A stretch of 64,000 nt of DNA from an uncultured Gemmatimonadales bacterium (GCA_963748815.1 CAVVKJ010000005.1:448001-512000), one strand, 5' to 3'; positions 1 to 12,951 are shown, counted from the stretch's first letter. The notes: generated by a model not told the origin, from the sequence alone. Translations and numbers: made by a program.

Positions 1-136
1 GCCGCTGGAGGCCGCGCCACCCTCGGCACCGCCAAAGGCGGCCACGCCGAAGGTGCCCACGGCCAAGCCGCCTGCGTCCAAGGCGTCGCCGGCGAAGCCG
101 GTGGACCCCCCCGCCGCTCCCAAGACCGGCAGCTGA
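1..136 (+). CDS. 3' end of an upstream gene (Pro/Ala/Lys-rich tail), partial
   Basis: Open frame from nt 2 reads PLEAAPPSAPPKAATPKVPTAKPPASKASPAKPVDPPAAPKTGS to TGA 134-136. Confidence 0.6.
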   Translation, partial: PLEAAPPSAPPKAATPKVPTAKPPASKASPAKPVDPPAAPKTGS

Positions 137-175
137 TCGCGACCGGGTTCCACCCTCCTCAACTGGACCACACCC

Positions 176-3266
<3,091 letters not shown>

Positions 3267-3287
3267 CCACTGGTGGCGTGACGGCAT

Positions 3288-3318
3288 GCCGGGGCGCACT
3301 GCGCCCCGGCCGTTCTTT
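3288..3318 (+). terminator. putative intrinsic terminator after guaB
   Basis: GCCGGGGCGC-ACT-GCGCCCCGGC hairpin followed by CGTTCTTT. Confidence 0.45.
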
Positions 3319-3337
3319 CCCTCATTTCGGAGCACTC

Positions 3338-4924
3338 GTGAGCGATTCCGCACCAGCCCGCGAAGCCTGGGGTTCCCGCATTGGCCTGATCCTGGCCATG
3401 GCGGGCAACGCCGTCGGACTCGGGAACTTCCTCCGCTTTCCGCGGCAGGCCGTCGAGAACGGTGGCGGCACGTTCATGATCCCCTACTTCATCGCCTTCC
3501 TGCTGGTCGGCATCCCGCTGATGTGGATTGAATGGGGCGTCGGACGTCACGGAGGGTTGCGCGGCCACGGCTCGGTGCCGGGGATGTTCGAGAGCCTCTG
3601 GAAGCACCCGGTCGCCAAGTATCTCGGCGTGCTGGGCCTCTTCATGCCGATGGTGGTGCTGATCTACTACTGCTACATCGAGTCGTGGACCCTCGCCTGG
3701 ACCTGGGCCTCGCTGCGCGGCGCCACGCAGGGTCTCGACCAGGCCGGCATGCAGGCGTTCTTCAAGTCGTATGTCGACCTCGAGAACGGCACGGTCCACG
3801 GTTTCTGGACGCCCTTCGCCTTCTTCTTCATCACGATCGCCGTCAACTTCTACGTCGTGAGCAAGGGGCTCTCGGCGGGGATCGAGCGGTTGGCGAAGAT
3901 CGGGATGCCGATCCTCTTCGTCTTCGCCGCGATCCTGGTCATCCGCGTGCTGACGCTGGGGGCGCACGAGGTCATCATTGACGGGGTCGCCACACAGTCG
4001 AGCCCGATCGACGGGCTCAACTTCATGTACACGCCGAACTGGAGCCTTCTGGCCAACCCGAAGGTGTGGCTGGCGGCTACCGGGCAGATCTTCTTCACCC
4101 TCTCGGTCGGCATGGGCTCGTTGCAGGCCTACGCCAGCTACCTGACCAAGAAGGACGACATCGCGCTCTCGGGCATCGCCACCGCGGCGACGAACGAAAC
4201 GGCGGAAGTGGTGCTCGGCGGCTCGCTTGCCATCCCGGCGATCGTGGCCTTCTTCGGCGTGGCCGGGGCCACCGCGATTGCCAAGGGCGGCAGTTTCGAC
4301 CTCGGCTTCATCGCCATGCCGCTTGTCTTCAATCAGCTCCCCGGCGGGGCGATCATGGCCACGGTGGCCGGCGTCATGTGGTTCGGCCTCCTCTTCTTTG
4401 CCGGCATCACCTCATCGGTGGCGATGGCCACGCCGGCCCTCTCGTTTGTCGAGGAAAATTTCGGGTGGTCGCGGAAGCGGACCGCCATCGGACTCGGGGC
4501 CATCGCCCTCCTGATCGGGATCCTGCATCTGGTCTATTACACGCAGGGCTTCCTGGATGAATGGGACTATTGGGCCGGCACCTTCGGGCTCGTCATTCTC
4601 GCACTCGTCGAGACCATACTCTTTGTCTGGGTCTTCGGGCCGGACAACATGTGGCGGGAAATCCACGAGGGCGCCAGCATCCGGATCCCGCGCTTCTTCA
4701 AGTTCGTGATGACTTTCGTCACGCCGGTCTTCCTGCTGGTCATGATGATCTGGTGGACGGTTGAGGAGGCGGTGCCGACTCTCCTGATGGAGAATATCCC
4801 CGAAGCCGACCACAAGGTGCGCTGGGCGTCCCGCGGGTTGATGCTGGCCATCTTGCTCATCCAGCTCTGGCTCATCAAGGCGGCGTGGCGCCGCCGTGTC
4901 CTCGACGGCAAGGAGGTGGCCTGA
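3338..4924 (+). CDS. Na+-dependent transporter, NSS/SLC6 family (LeuT-like)
   Basis: N-terminus REAWGSRIGLILAMAGNAVGLGNFLRFP and GQIFFTLS match LeuT-type signatures; GTG 3338 after GGAG. Confidence 0.92.
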   Translation: MSDSAPAREAWGSRIGLILAMAGNAVGLGNFLRFPRQAVENGGGTFMIPYFIAFLLVGIPLMWIEWGVGRHGGLRGHGSVPGMFESLWKHPVAKYLGVLGLFMPMVVLIYYCYIESWTLAWTWASLRGATQGLDQAGMQAFFKSYVDLENGTVHGFWTPFAFFFITIAVNFYVVSKGLSAGIERLAKIGMPILFVFAAILVIRVLTLGAHEVIIDGVATQSSPIDGLNFMYTPNWSLLANPKVWLAATGQIFFTLSVGMGSLQAYASYLTKKDDIALSGIATAATNETAEVVLGGSLAIPAIVAFFGVAGATAIAKGGSFDLGFIAMPLVFNQLPGGAIMATVAGVMWFGLLFFAGITSSVAMATPALSFVEENFGWSRKRTAIGLGAIALLIGILHLVYYTQGFLDEWDYWAGTFGLVILALVETILFVWVFGPDNMWREIHEGASIRIPRFFKFVMTFVTPVFLLVMMIWWTVEEAVPTLLMENIPEADHKVRWASRGLMLAILLIQLWLIKAAWRRRVLDGKEVA

Positions 4925-5055
4925 TGAACACGACCGCGATCATCTTCATGACCGGCGCCTGGGTGTTCGTGCTGGGGCTCGTCATCTGGTCGTTCCGCAA
5001 GCTCCTCTCCACGCCGCAGGAGGAGAAGCTTCCGCCTCCGGGGTCCATTCCCTGA
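4924..5055 (+). CDS. 43-aa single-TM protein, probable MetS-like NSS transporter small subunit
   Basis: MNTTAIIFMTGAWVFVLGLVIWSFRKLLSTPQEEKLPPPGSIP; AGGAGG RBS; TGATG overlap with NSS stop; not in ORF track. Confidence 0.75.
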   Translation: MNTTAIIFMTGAWVFVLGLVIWSFRKLLSTPQEEKLPPPGSIP

Positions 5056-5176
5056 GGCCCGCAGGCTGGTGACCGCGCCGCCGGACCGCCGGCGGTGCGG
5101 CCCGGCCGCCGTGGGACCGATTCCTGGTTGCCTACCGTTCTCGCCGTACGCCGTCCCCTCGCAGGTGGAGCGCCCG

Positions 5177-6652
5177 ATGAGCCTATTCCGCCGTAAGGAT
5201 GTCGCCTCCCTCCAGGCCGAGCTGGAGACCGACCACAGCCTCAAGCGCACCCTCGGTGCCGGTGGCCTCGTCATGCTGGGCATCGGCGCCATCATTGGCG
5301 CCGGGATCTTCGTGCTGACCGGACAAGCCGCCGCGACGTACGCCGGTCCGGCCATTGTCTATTCGTTCCTCCTGGCCGGCACCGCCTGCGCCTTTGCCGG
5401 GCTCTGCTACGCCGAGTTCGCCGCGATGATTCCGATCGCGGGGTCGGCGTATACCTACGGCTACGCCACCATGGGTGAATTCGTCGCCTGGATCATCGGG
5501 TGGGACCTGATCCTCGAGTACCTCTTTGCCGCCTCGACGGTGGCGGTGGGCTGGTCGGGGTACTTCACGTCACTCCTCCGCGACATGGGCATCAACCTGC
5601 CCGCTGCCTACACCTCGGCGCCGTACAATCACACCGCGGTGCCGGACGCGGGCCTCAACGTCTGGCGCATCTTTACCGAGGGGTGGACGCGCACGCCCGG
5701 CGCGGTGCTCAACGTCCCCGCCATGGTCATCGTGGGCCTGATCTCGATCCTGCTCATCATCGGGATCCAGGAATCGTCCCGCTTCAACAACATCATCGTG
5801 GTGGTGAAGGTCGCCGTGGTGCTCGCCTTCATCGCCTTCGGCGCCGCCTACATCAACCGCGAGAACTGGGAGCCGTTCATTCCTCCCATGACGGACCCGG
5901 GGCACTTCGGCTGGAGCGGGATCGTCCGCGCCGCTGGCGTCATCTTCTTCGCCTACATCGGCTTCGACGCGGTATCGACCGCCGCCCAGGAGACCAAGAA
6001 CCCGAAGCGGGACATGCCGATCGGCATCCTCGGGTCGTTGGTCATCTGCACCGTCCTCTACATTGCCGTGTCGCTGGTCCTGACCGGAATCGTGAAGTAC
6101 ACCGAACTGAATGTGCCCGACCCGATTGCCGTCGGCATCAACGCCGCCGGGCCGGGCCTGGCCTGGCTGCGGCCCTTCATCAAGATCGGGGCGATCGCCG
6201 GGCTCTCCTCGGTCATCCTCGTGATGCTCATGGGCCAGCCGCGCATCTTCTACACCATGGCCAAGGACGGACTCCTGCCGCCGATGTTCAGCGCCGTGCA
6301 CCCGAAGTTCAAGACACCGTGGCTCGCCACCATCATGACCGGTGCGGTAGCCATGATCTGTGCCGGTCTCCTCCCGATCGGCCTCCTCGGCGAGCTGGTC
6401 TCGATCGGCACCCTCCTCGCGTTCGCCATCGTCTGCGGCGGCGTCCTCGTGCTGCGCTACACCGATCCGGACATCCCGCGGCCGTTCCGCACCCCGCTGG
6501 TGCCCCTGGTACCCATTCTCGGTGTGGCCTCGTGCCTCTACCTGATGCAGGCGCTCCCGATCGACACGTGGGCGCGGCTCATCGTGTGGATGGCCATCGG
6601 CATCGCCATTTACTTCGGCTACGGCCGGAGGCATTCAAAGCTGAACGCCTGA
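5177..6652 (+). CDS. APC-superfamily amino acid permease (CAT/YfnA-like)
   Basis: GIGAIIGAGIF, YAEFAAMIPIAGSAYTY, FFAYIGFD, ETKNPKRDMP. Confidence 0.92.
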   Translation: MSLFRRKDVASLQAELETDHSLKRTLGAGGLVMLGIGAIIGAGIFVLTGQAAATYAGPAIVYSFLLAGTACAFAGLCYAEFAAMIPIAGSAYTYGYATMGEFVAWIIGWDLILEYLFAASTVAVGWSGYFTSLLRDMGINLPAAYTSAPYNHTAVPDAGLNVWRIFTEGWTRTPGAVLNVPAMVIVGLISILLIIGIQESSRFNNIIVVVKVAVVLAFIAFGAAYINRENWEPFIPPMTDPGHFGWSGIVRAAGVIFFAYIGFDAVSTAAQETKNPKRDMPIGILGSLVICTVLYIAVSLVLTGIVKYTELNVPDPIAVGINAAGPGLAWLRPFIKIGAIAGLSSVILVMLMGQPRIFYTMAKDGLLPPMFSAVHPKFKTPWLATIMTGAVAMICAGLLPIGLLGELVSIGTLLAFAIVCGGVLVLRYTDPDIPRPFRTPLVPLVPILGVASCLYLMQALPIDTWARLIVWMAIGIAIYFGYGRRHSKLNA

Positions 6653-6759
6653 TCCCGGGCGCGCGGCGCTGAAGCCTGAGGAGCGAGCGGGAGCGGAGTC
6701 GGGGCAGGGCGCCCGGCGCCGCTCCCCTCTTCCGTGTGAGGGGTTATCTTTCTGCCGCC

Positions 6760-7782
6760 ATGAAGCTGCCGCTCTCTCACCAGAAGACCGAAGCCGCCCG
6801 CGCCATCGCCGAGGCCCTGATCCCCGGCCAGCGGGTCTGCCTGACCACCCACGTGAACCCGGATGGGGACGGCCTCGGCAGCGAGGTTGGGCTCCTGCAC
6901 CTGCTCAAGGCCCAGGGGATCACCGCCGTGGTCACCAACCCCAGCCCCACCCCGCCGCGGTTCGACTTTCTCTTCGAGAACCTCCCCGGCGCCGACAAGA
7001 GCCGCGAGGCGATCAAGGAACTCCGCCGCGCCGATGTCATCGTCGTGCTCGACATCGCGGACCTGGGACGGCTGGGCATGTTGGGTGACACCGTCCGCGA
7101 CCGTGGCGTGCCGGTCGTCTGCATCGACCATCACGTGAGCCCGGGCGAACTGCCGGCGGGACCGCGCTATGTCGATCCGAGCGCGGCCGCCACCGGGGAA
7201 CTGGTCTTCGAGATCGGGCGCGCCAACGACTGGCCCCTCACCCAGGAGGCGGCGCGGGCCCTGTACGTGGCCATCATGACCGACACCGGCAGCTTTCGCT
7301 TCAGCAACACCCACCCCCGCACCCTGCGCGTCGCCGCAGAGCTGCTGGAGACCGGGCTCGACCCGGAACGGATGTACCTCGACGTCTACGCGAACGCCCC
7401 CGAAGGGCGCCCCCGGCTCTACGGCGAGGCGCTGCAGACCCTGGTGGTCGAGCCGGAGTACGGCCTGGCGTGGGTGACGGTGCCCCCCGGCGCGCTGGAA
7501 CGCCTCGGGGTCAGCGCCGACGACCTCGACGGAGTGGTCGAGTTTCCCCGGAGCATCGCCGGTGTGCGGATGGCGCTGCTGTTCCGGGAGATCGCCGCCG
7601 GGCGGATCAAGGTGTCGCTGCGCTCGGTGGGCGACGTGGACGTCGCGGCCTTTGCCAAGCCGTTCGGCGGCGGCGGCCACACCAAGGCGGCCGGCCTCTC
7701 GATCGAGGGATCGATGGGCGACGTGCAGGGCACCGTACTCGCGGCCGCGCGGCGCTATCTCGGCGGCAACGGAAAGCATTGA
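6760..7782 (+). CDS. nrnA: DHH/DHHA1 phosphoesterase, nanoRNase NrnA-like
   Basis: THVNPDGDGLGS, IDHH, TDTGSF, KVSLRS, GGGGH motifs. Confidence 0.85.
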   Translation: MKLPLSHQKTEAARAIAEALIPGQRVCLTTHVNPDGDGLGSEVGLLHLLKAQGITAVVTNPSPTPPRFDFLFENLPGADKSREAIKELRRADVIVVLDIADLGRLGMLGDTVRDRGVPVVCIDHHVSPGELPAGPRYVDPSAAATGELVFEIGRANDWPLTQEAARALYVAIMTDTGSFRFSNTHPRTLRVAAELLETGLDPERMYLDVYANAPEGRPRLYGEALQTLVVEPEYGLAWVTVPPGALERLGVSADDLDGVVEFPRSIAGVRMALLFREIAAGRIKVSLRSVGDVDVAAFAKPFGGGGHTKAAGLSIEGSMGDVQGTVLAAARRYLGGNGKH

Positions 7783-7788
7783 GGCACG

Positions 7789-8031
7789 ATGGACACGACG
7801 ATGGACATGCTCGCCCGCATCGAGGCGACGATCGATACCCTCCGACCCTACATCGCCTCCCACAAGGGACAGGTGGAAGTCGTGGATTTTGACGCGACCG
7901 AAGGGACGCTCTACGTGCGGTTGGGTGGCACCTGTCACGGCTGCGCGGCGTCGACCATCACCCTGAAGCAGGGGCTCGAGGTACGGCTCCGGCAGTCGGT
8001 GCCCGAGGTCAAGACCGTGGAGGCCATCTGA
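7789..8031 (+). CDS. NifU/Nfu-domain Fe-S carrier
   Basis: LRPYIASHKG...GTCHGC (CxxC), TLKQGLE. Confidence 0.88.
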   Translation: MDTTMDMLARIEATIDTLRPYIASHKGQVEVVDFDATEGTLYVRLGGTCHGCAASTITLKQGLEVRLRQSVPEVKTVEAI

Positions 8032-9137
8032 TGACTCCCACCCCGCTCGCCGCCGCGCAACAGGCGCTCGCCGGCATCGTGAATCCGCGCGTGGGGAAGG
8101 ACCTGCTCGCCGCGGGAATGGTGGAAGGGCTCGTCATCGGAGACGACGGCCGTCCCGCCTTCACCTTCTGGCTGGCTCGCGAGGACGACGCGACGCTGGT
8201 GCGACAGGTTCGGCAGGCCTTCGCGGCGGCCAACCTGGGTGAGCCGAAGATCCAGATCAAGGACCCCTCGGGGCCGGCCAAATCAACGCACGGCCCGCCG
8301 GGCGACCCCGCGAAGGCCACGCCGCCCCCGCCGGCGCAGATGTCCCTGCCGAACCTGGGCAAGGTGATCGCGATTTCGTCCGGCAAGGGCGGGGTGGGGA
8401 AGTCCACCGTCGCCGCGAACCTCGCCATCGCGCTGGCGAGTGCGGGGCATCGCGTCGGCCTGATGGACGGCGACATTTACGGCCCCAATATTCCGCGCAT
8501 GTTCGGCGTCTTCGACCGCCCGCACGTCAACGCGGCGCGGCGGATGCAGCCCCTGGAGGCGCACGGCGTCAAACTGATGTCGCTGGGGTTCATCGTCGAG
8601 CGCGACGCACCCGCCATCTGGCGCGGCCCCATCATCATGAAGATCGTGACCCAGTTCCTGCGGGACGTCGACTGGGGAGACCTCGACTACTTCCTCGTGG
8701 ACTTGCCCCCGGGCACCGGCGACGCGCAGCTGTCGCTGGTGCAGGCCACCAACGTGTCCGGCGCCGTCATCGTGACGACGCCACAGGAGATGTCGGTCGG
8801 TGACGCGCTCCGCGGCGCGAAGATGTTCGACAAGGTCAACGTGCCGGTGCTGGGCCTCGTCGAGAACATGGCCGGATTCACCTGTCCGCACTGCGGCGGT
8901 CACACCGACCTCTTCCCGACCGGCGGCGGCGACCGGCTGAGCGAAGAACTCGGCGTGCCGGTGCTGGGGCGCATTCCGATGCAGGCGCAACTGGCGGACC
9001 TGGCCGATCGAGGCCGACCGGTGGTGGTGGCGGCGCCGGAGAGCCCCGCGGCCGTTGCACTGACGGCCATCGCCGCGGAGGTGGCTGAGGCTGCACGGAC
9101 GCGGGGCGGGGCGGAGTTGCCGATCTTGCGAGGCTAG
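8031..9137 (+). CDS. Mrp/ApbC/NBP35 Fe-S carrier ATPase
   Basis: SGKGGVGKST deviant Walker A, DIYGP, WRGP, DLPPGTGD, ENM..CPHC; TGATG coupling to the Nfu gene. Confidence 0.93.
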   Translation: MTPTPLAAAQQALAGIVNPRVGKDLLAAGMVEGLVIGDDGRPAFTFWLAREDDATLVRQVRQAFAAANLGEPKIQIKDPSGPAKSTHGPPGDPAKATPPPPAQMSLPNLGKVIAISSGKGGVGKSTVAANLAIALASAGHRVGLMDGDIYGPNIPRMFGVFDRPHVNAARRMQPLEAHGVKLMSLGFIVERDAPAIWRGPIIMKIVTQFLRDVDWGDLDYFLVDLPPGTGDAQLSLVQATNVSGAVIVTTPQEMSVGDALRGAKMFDKVNVPVLGLVENMAGFTCPHCGGHTDLFPTGGGDRLSEELGVPVLGRIPMQAQLADLADRGRPVVVAAPESPAAVALTAIAAEVAEAARTRGGAELPILRG

Positions 9138-9175
9138 GCCAGGCGGCGGCGGGACAGGGAGGCAAGACCGAGCGC

Positions 9176-9205
9176 GGAGGGCTTCTCACTGACGGGAGGC
9201 CCTTC
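9176..9205. terminator. hairpin between convergent genes
   Basis: GGAGGGCTTCTC-ACTGAC-GGGAGGCCCTTC imperfect stem. Confidence 0.4.
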
Positions 9206-9214
9206 TTGCTTGGG

Positions 9215-9908
9215 CTACTCCTTCTTCCGGGTGATGCGGAGGAGGGTCTGCATGTCGCCGCGCAGCGGGCCGGTGACGAGCCGACCCGCATCGGACAGGA
9301 TGCCCTCTTCTTCGATCATGAAGAACACCTCGTGCTCCGCAGCGGCACGGGCTCGCAGGAAGACTTCACTTCGTGAGCGAAGGATGATCCAGGCGGCGTT
9401 GCACGCGTAGCCGAAGATCTGGGCCTGGGCGAGCGTGTCCAACGGTGGGCGGAGTGCGCCGACCATCCAGCTCAGTCGACTCGGCGGCTCACCGGCTTCG
9501 GTGAATACACTCAGGAGTGGATCGGCCCTGCCCGACAGCAGTTCGTACGACTCCGCGGCAATCACTGATGTGAACAGCGAAAATTCGCGGTCATCGGTGA
9601 TGATCTCAGAAAGCGCCTGTCCCACCAGCACCGAGTCGACCTCCCAGAGTCGGCGAACCGATTCCCTCACCTCCAACCCGGTGCCGGTCACACTCCAGGA
9701 GTGTGATGGCAGGATGCGCAGCAGAGAGTCAGCAATCAGGGACCTCGGCGCCGTGTAGATAACGGAGGGGCGGTATACCGTGCCGGTGGTCGGCCAGGCG
9801 ACCGTGGTGCAGGCTGCGGGGAGTTGGCCCTGCGCGGCGGCAGGGGTGGTGAACGAAAAGAGGACCAGCGCGGGGGCTGCCGTAGTGAGACTGTCGCCAG
9901 AGCTTCAT
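9215..9908 (-). CDS. hypothetical secreted protein with an apparent frameshift near the 5' end
   Basis: Frame of ORF 9215-9691 stays open upstream to ~9904 with a signal-like LVLFSFTTPAAAQ; ATG 9908 is one base out of frame and preceded by TATCTT. Confidence 0.55.
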
Positions 9909-10045
9909 TGCAGCCAAGATAGCGTCGGCTGGCAACGGCGCCAGCCCACTCCGTTCGTCCACCGGCTCTTCATCGCCCTCTCAGCGAGCCTTCACGCACC
10001 CGGTGCGAAGTTGATTCCAGTGAGGGTCCTTGCCAGGAGGCAGTC

Positions 10046-10279
10046 ATGACAACCAGAACGGGCAGGCTGGCCAAGCGGGGAAAACGCGCGGCGAAGCGGC
10101 TCTACAAACGGGCCGAATCCACCGTGATGGCGTTGGAGGGCCGACGGTCGGTGCGGGCCAAGGGTCGGAAGCTCAGGCAGGTCGGCCGCCGGGTGGCAGA
10201 AACCGGGTTGCTGATTGGCGCGGTCGTGGCGCTGGAGCTGGCGCTGGATCGGCTGAGCAGGGAGCACGGCAAGTCGTAG
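10046..10279 (+). CDS. small basic hypothetical protein with C-terminal hydrophobic helix
   Basis: AGGAGG RBS before ATG; 77 aa, Arg/Lys-rich; fills gap up to the convergent kinase stop. Confidence 0.65.
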   Translation: MTTRTGRLAKRGKRAAKRLYKRAESTVMALEGRRSVRAKGRKLRQVGRRVAETGLLIGAVVALELALDRLSREHGKS

Positions 10280-10280
10280 G

Positions 10281-12128
10281 CTACGGCTCGTCGACCTCGA
10301 TCCGCGCATCGACTTCCCGCCCGATCCGGCGGGCCGCTTCCAGGTGCTCGGTGAGGCCGGGTCCGGCGGCCTGACCAGCCGACAACCTGAGGAGGTCGAT
10401 GCGCAGGTTCTCGAGCGCGGAGAGGGCGGTGGCCAACTTCGCACCCCCGGCATTTCGCGCCGATTCGAGGTCGCGCACCACGTCGGTCCGCCCCGCCGCC
10501 TCACCCAGCGCACGGGTCAGGGCAAGCTCCTGCCGCCGGAGCGCCTGGACGTCTCCTTCCAGCTGTCGAAGGAGTGCCGGCACTTCCGCGAGCTGGCGTC
10601 GCTCCGCGGGCGGCAGGGCGGCGTAGAGCGCCTCCGCGGCCCGCCCAAGCGCCACCTCGGTCGGCTCGTTCGCGGCGGGCAACGCCCGGGCTTCCCGGCC
10701 GCCCGCCAACCGCACCATCCACCGTCCCAATCGCCCCGCCCACCACCGATCCCACCAGCTCGGCCCCTTGGCCGTTGGTGCGGTGAGCCGCGCGGCCGCC
10801 CAGCGGCCGGCGCTCAGGGGAATGAAGATGACCGCCAGGTCGGCGGCGATCTGCGCCAGGTCCCACCACTGATTGCCGGCGCCGCCGATCCACAACCATG
10901 CCAACCCGGCCACGCCAAACCCACCGAGCCACCCCAGCGCGGTGGCGAACTTTGCCGCGGGGGTCACCTGTTCCCGATCTTCGTCCACGCCGAGCAGGGC
11001 AGCCCGAATGTCCTCGTACCCGTAGCCGCGGCGAATGGCGTCGCGGATGGCGCGAAACGCCGTGATCTTCCGGACCCCAGCGAGGCTGATCATCCCCAGC
11101 CCGACGCCAACCCGCATCAGCGTGAGGAAAGCGTCCTCGAGACCGAACGGACGGACATAGGGACCGAGAAGCACGGACGCCAGCACCAGGAGCAGGACGC
11201 TTCCATACCCGCCCAAGTCGGTTCCGAGATCGTGCAACTCCCGCGCAGCACGCGCAACCGGTGCGGGTGTCGCCACCAGGGCTGGGAGGGTCGTCCCGAG
11301 CGCCGCCGCCAGCTCCTCGCCAGAGGCGTAGCGATCCGCGGGCGACTTGGCCAGGCAGCGCTCGATGGCGTGTGCCAATGCCGCCGGCAGATCGGGCCGG
11401 AGCCCGAGGACCGGCGGGGGGGGCTGCGTCAGGTGTTGGGCCAGGACCGATGCGGCCGATTCTCCCTCAAACGGCCATTGGCCGGTGGCCGCCAGAAACG
11501 CGGCGACCCCGAGCGAGTAGAGGTCGCTCCGACCGTCCACCGGCTCTCCCGCCGCCTGTTCCGGGCTCACGGCGCGCGCCGTGCCCACGACCTGCCCTGC
11601 CGGCGTGTCCGCTGCGTCGCCGCGGACGTGCGCAATACCGAAATCGGTCACCATCGAGCGGCCACCCTCGCGCTCCAGGAGGATGTTTTCCGGTTTCACG
11701 TCCCGGTGTACCACCCCCTGCCGATGGGCGTACGCGAGCGCCCACGCGACTTCGCGGACGACTTGCGTCACCTCCGCGGCTGGCAGCCTGCCCAGGCGGC
11801 GGATCCGTGCGCCGAGCGTCTCGCCTGCCACGTATCCCATCACGAAGAAGACCAGCCCATCCGATTCTTCCACTGAATGGATCGGCACGATATTCGGGTG
11901 GGAGAGCCGCGCTGCGGTCCTTGCCTCGCGGAGGAAGCGGGCGCGCCGATCAGCGGATGCCGCGAGCGCCGGCGGGAGCAGCTTGATGGCCACCAGCCGG
12001 TCGAGGGCCAGGTCCCGGGCCAGGAACACGATCCCCATGCCCCCGCGGCCCAGCTCTCGCTCGATCGCGTAGCGACCGGCAACGGCCTCCTGCAGCGTGA
12101 GCAGCTCCGGGGCTGGCGCCGACGGCAT
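10281..12128 (-). CDS. Hanks-type Ser/Thr protein kinase with C-terminal TM helices and coiled coil
   Basis: ELGRGGMG, VAIK, HRDVKPEN, TDFG, SPEQ, DLYSLG; true start MPSAPAP at 12128. Confidence 0.92.
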   Translation of the reverse strand: MPSAPAPELLTLQEAVAGRYAIERELGRGGMGIVFLARDLALDRLVAIKLLPPALAASADRRARFLREARTAARLSHPNIVPIHSVEESDGLVFFVMGYVAGETLGARIRRLGRLPAAEVTQVVREVAWALAYAHRQGVVHRDVKPENILLEREGGRSMVTDFGIAHVRGDAADTPAGQVVGTARAVSPEQAAGEPVDGRSDLYSLGVAAFLAATGQWPFEGESAASVLAQHLTQPPPPVLGLRPDLPAALAHAIERCLAKSPADRYASGEELAAALGTTLPALVATPAPVARAARELHDLGTDLGGYGSVLLLVLASVLLGPYVRPFGLEDAFLTLMRVGVGLGMISLAGVRKITAFRAIRDAIRRGYGYEDIRAALLGVDEDREQVTPAAKFATALGWLGGFGVAGLAWLWIGGAGNQWWDLAQIAADLAVIFIPLSAGRWAAARLTAPTAKGPSWWDRWWAGRLGRWMVRLAGGREARALPAANEPTEVALGRAAEALYAALPPAERRQLAEVPALLRQLEGDVQALRRQELALTRALGEAAGRTDVVRDLESARNAGGAKLATALSALENLRIDLLRLSAGQAAGPGLTEHLEAARRIGREVDARIEVDEP

Positions 12129-12937
12129 CAGTAGAGTTCCGGTACCGGTGTGGCCATGAGCTCGCGGGGGGAGCGCTTCCGCGGACGCCGCCGCCGGGGA
12201 AGGACGAACGCCTCCTGCTTTGCTTTCTTGTAAGGCACCTGCGCCAGGAGGTGGCTGATGATGTTCAACCGGGCCCGGCGCTTGTCGTCGGAATGCGCGA
12301 TGTGCCACGGCGCCCAGGCGGTGTGCGACGCCGCGAACATGTCGTCGCGGGCGTCGGTATAGTCGTCCCAGCGGGTGTAGGAGGCGAGGTCGATCGGCGA
12401 CAGCTTCCAGGTCTTGCGCCCGTCCTTGATCCGGTCGTTCAGGCGACGCGTCTGTTCCTCCTGGCTCACCTCGAGCCAGTACTTGATGAGGATGATGCCC
12501 GATTCGACCATCAGCTTCTCCACGCCGGGCGCGGCGTCGAGAAAGCGACGGGTCTCCCCCAGGGTGCAGAATCCCATGACCCGTTCGACACCCGCCCGGT
12601 TGTACCAGCTCCGGTCGAAAATCACGACCTCCCCGGCCGACGGGAAATGCGCGACGTAGCGCTGCAGGTACATCTGGGTCTTTTCCTGTTCGCTGGGCGC
12701 GGGGAGTGCGACCACCCGGAAGGTGCGGGGGCTCACGCGCTCCGTGATCGCCTTGATGGCGCCCCCCTTGCCTGCGCCGTCGCGCCCTTCGAACACGACG
12801 CACACCTTCAGCCCCTTCTTACGCACCCAGTCCTGCAGGTGCACCAGCTCGACGTGCAGGCGCCTGAGCTCCTTCTCATAGGCCTTGCGGCGCAATTCGC
12901 CGTTGCGATCGGTCTTCCTTCTCTGCTTTTGGCCCAT
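12128..12937 (-). CDS. ppk2: polyphosphate kinase 2
   Basis: FEGRDGAGKGG, FDRSWYNRAGVERVMG, WKLSP, DKRRARLN. Confidence 0.95.
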   Translation of the reverse strand: MGQKQRRKTDRNGELRRKAYEKELRRLHVELVHLQDWVRKKGLKVCVVFEGRDGAGKGGAIKAITERVSPRTFRVVALPAPSEQEKTQMYLQRYVAHFPSAGEVVIFDRSWYNRAGVERVMGFCTLGETRRFLDAAPGVEKLMVESGIILIKYWLEVSQEEQTRRLNDRIKDGRKTWKLSPIDLASYTRWDDYTDARDDMFAASHTAWAPWHIAHSDDKRRARLNIISHLLAQVPYKKAKQEAFVLPRRRRPRKRSPRELMATPVPELY

Positions 12938-12951
12938 CTTCCCCCCTTGTT

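Noticed and set aside
9688..9706. Perfect palindrome TCACACTCC-A-GGAGTGTGA as an operator
   Set aside because: Falls inside the probable extended coding region; single occurrence
10281..12803. 840-aa kinase or ppk2-kinase fusion
   Set aside because: Upstream extension is an alternate frame over ppk2, which ends normally with a TGATG overlap
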